A DNA stretch of 16,810 bases from Gemmatimonadota bacterium (GTDB lineage: Bacteria > Latescibacterota > UBA2968 > UBA8231): contig JAYPJE010000021.1 of the NCBI GenBank assembly GCA_038128265.1, positions 54,116-70,925 on the forward strand, written 5' to 3'. The notes under the pieces are model-generated. The model was not told where the DNA came from and ran no database searches. It saw only the letters and a list, made by a program, of their open reading frames with translations. Below, in pieces: positions 16,226 through 16,810 of the stretch. Position 1 is the first letter of the stretch; every line of letters starts with the position of its first letter. The translations under genes were made by a program, and so were the position numbers.

Positions 16226-16810
16226 CTACCGCGTCTTAATTCGTCCCCAGCTTCCGGGCCATACTAGCGTAGGCGCTGGCCTTCCAAGCGCGAAGTCGGC
16301 CGACGGCGTGCCGGCAAAGCAGCGCGGAATAAAGGGCCATTGCTCCGTTATAAAATAGGCGTATGTGCCCTCTGGAAAGTCCGGCGTAACGCCCTGGTTT
16401 CCATTGCACTCATCGAGCGTGCCCGCGCCTTCTATGTACTCGTAATCGTTTACAAAAGTTCCGTCATAGGTGCCGCCCGGCTCGCTGTCGCCGGCAGGAC
16501 GATCGCCCGATTTGACGCGGTAACTCGAACGCATGGTCTGCACGGCACCGGCCGCATCCCATCCGTACAGCGCGTAGATCGGAAATCCATCGGCTGCCCA
16601 GCCAACGAGCGGCGAGTGCTGGTCGGATTGGAGGCCGGCGCTGCTCAGCAGCAGCGTGGGTGCGGCGTGGTAGTGATAGGCACCCGTCGGCTGCACGTGT
16701 GCGTAGCTTTCGTCTAGCCCTAGTGCAATGGCCCCGGATAGAGCCTCATATTGCCAGCCGCTAGCGCGATCGCCGTGAAAAAACTCGGCCGCTCCCGGAT
16801 CTAACGGCAC
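16226..16810 (-). CDS. YHYH domain-containing protein (5' end outside window)
   Basis: GLDESYAHVQPTGAYHYH, HSPLVGWAADGFPIY, MRSSYR, YDGTFVNDYEY..G.G.LDECNG and TPDFPEGTYAYFIT..WPFIPRCF.G, the characteristic YHYH-family pattern. The ORF is open at the right edge. Confidence 0.9.
   Translation of the reverse strand: MPLDPGAAEFFHGDRASGWQYEALSGAIALGLDESYAHVQPTGAYHYHAAPTLLLSSAGLQSDQHSPLVGWAADGFPIYALYGWDAAGAVQTMRSSYRVKSGDRPAGDSEPGGTYDGTFVNDYEYIEGAGTLDECNGNQGVTPDFPEGTYAYFITEQWPFIPRCFAGTPSADFALGRPAPTLVWPGSWGRIKTR

Noticed and set aside
1..16810. CRISPR array, IS/transposase, integrase, prophage or defence genes
   Set aside because: No regularly spaced direct repeats, terminal inverted repeats with target duplications, or matching protein motifs were seen; intergenic gaps are all under 250 nt.

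Overview
GC-rich bacterial chromosomal window with 17 supportable CDSs and no RNA genes, mobile elements or CRISPR arrays. The left 6.5 kb is a co-oriented minus-strand cluster of seven catabolic-type enzymes: creatininase-family metallohydrolase, RraA/HMG-aldolase-like protein, YihV-like PfkB kinase, aldo/keto reductase, SDR, UxuA-family dehydratase and a Gfo/Idh/MocA oxidoreductase. The last runs off the left edge and is missing from the ORF track. The combination matches no pathway I recognise and is the best candidate for an undescribed sugar, sugar-acid or cyclitol catabolic route. A perfect 21-bp dyad lies in its upstream divergent region. The rest is ddl-DUF445-SDR, a geranylgeranyl-reductase-family flavoprotein, htpG-proA-[2Fe-2S] ferredoxin, an unusually long adenylate-kinase-like protein, a small Cys-rich putative lipoprotein with an internal WxxxTCSG repeat, and the 3' part of a YHYH-domain protein ending in a (S/T)WGxIK tail that may be a lineage-specific sorting signal. 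TAG is the commonest stop codon (9 of 16). All family calls come from motif recognition by eye; no database searches were run.
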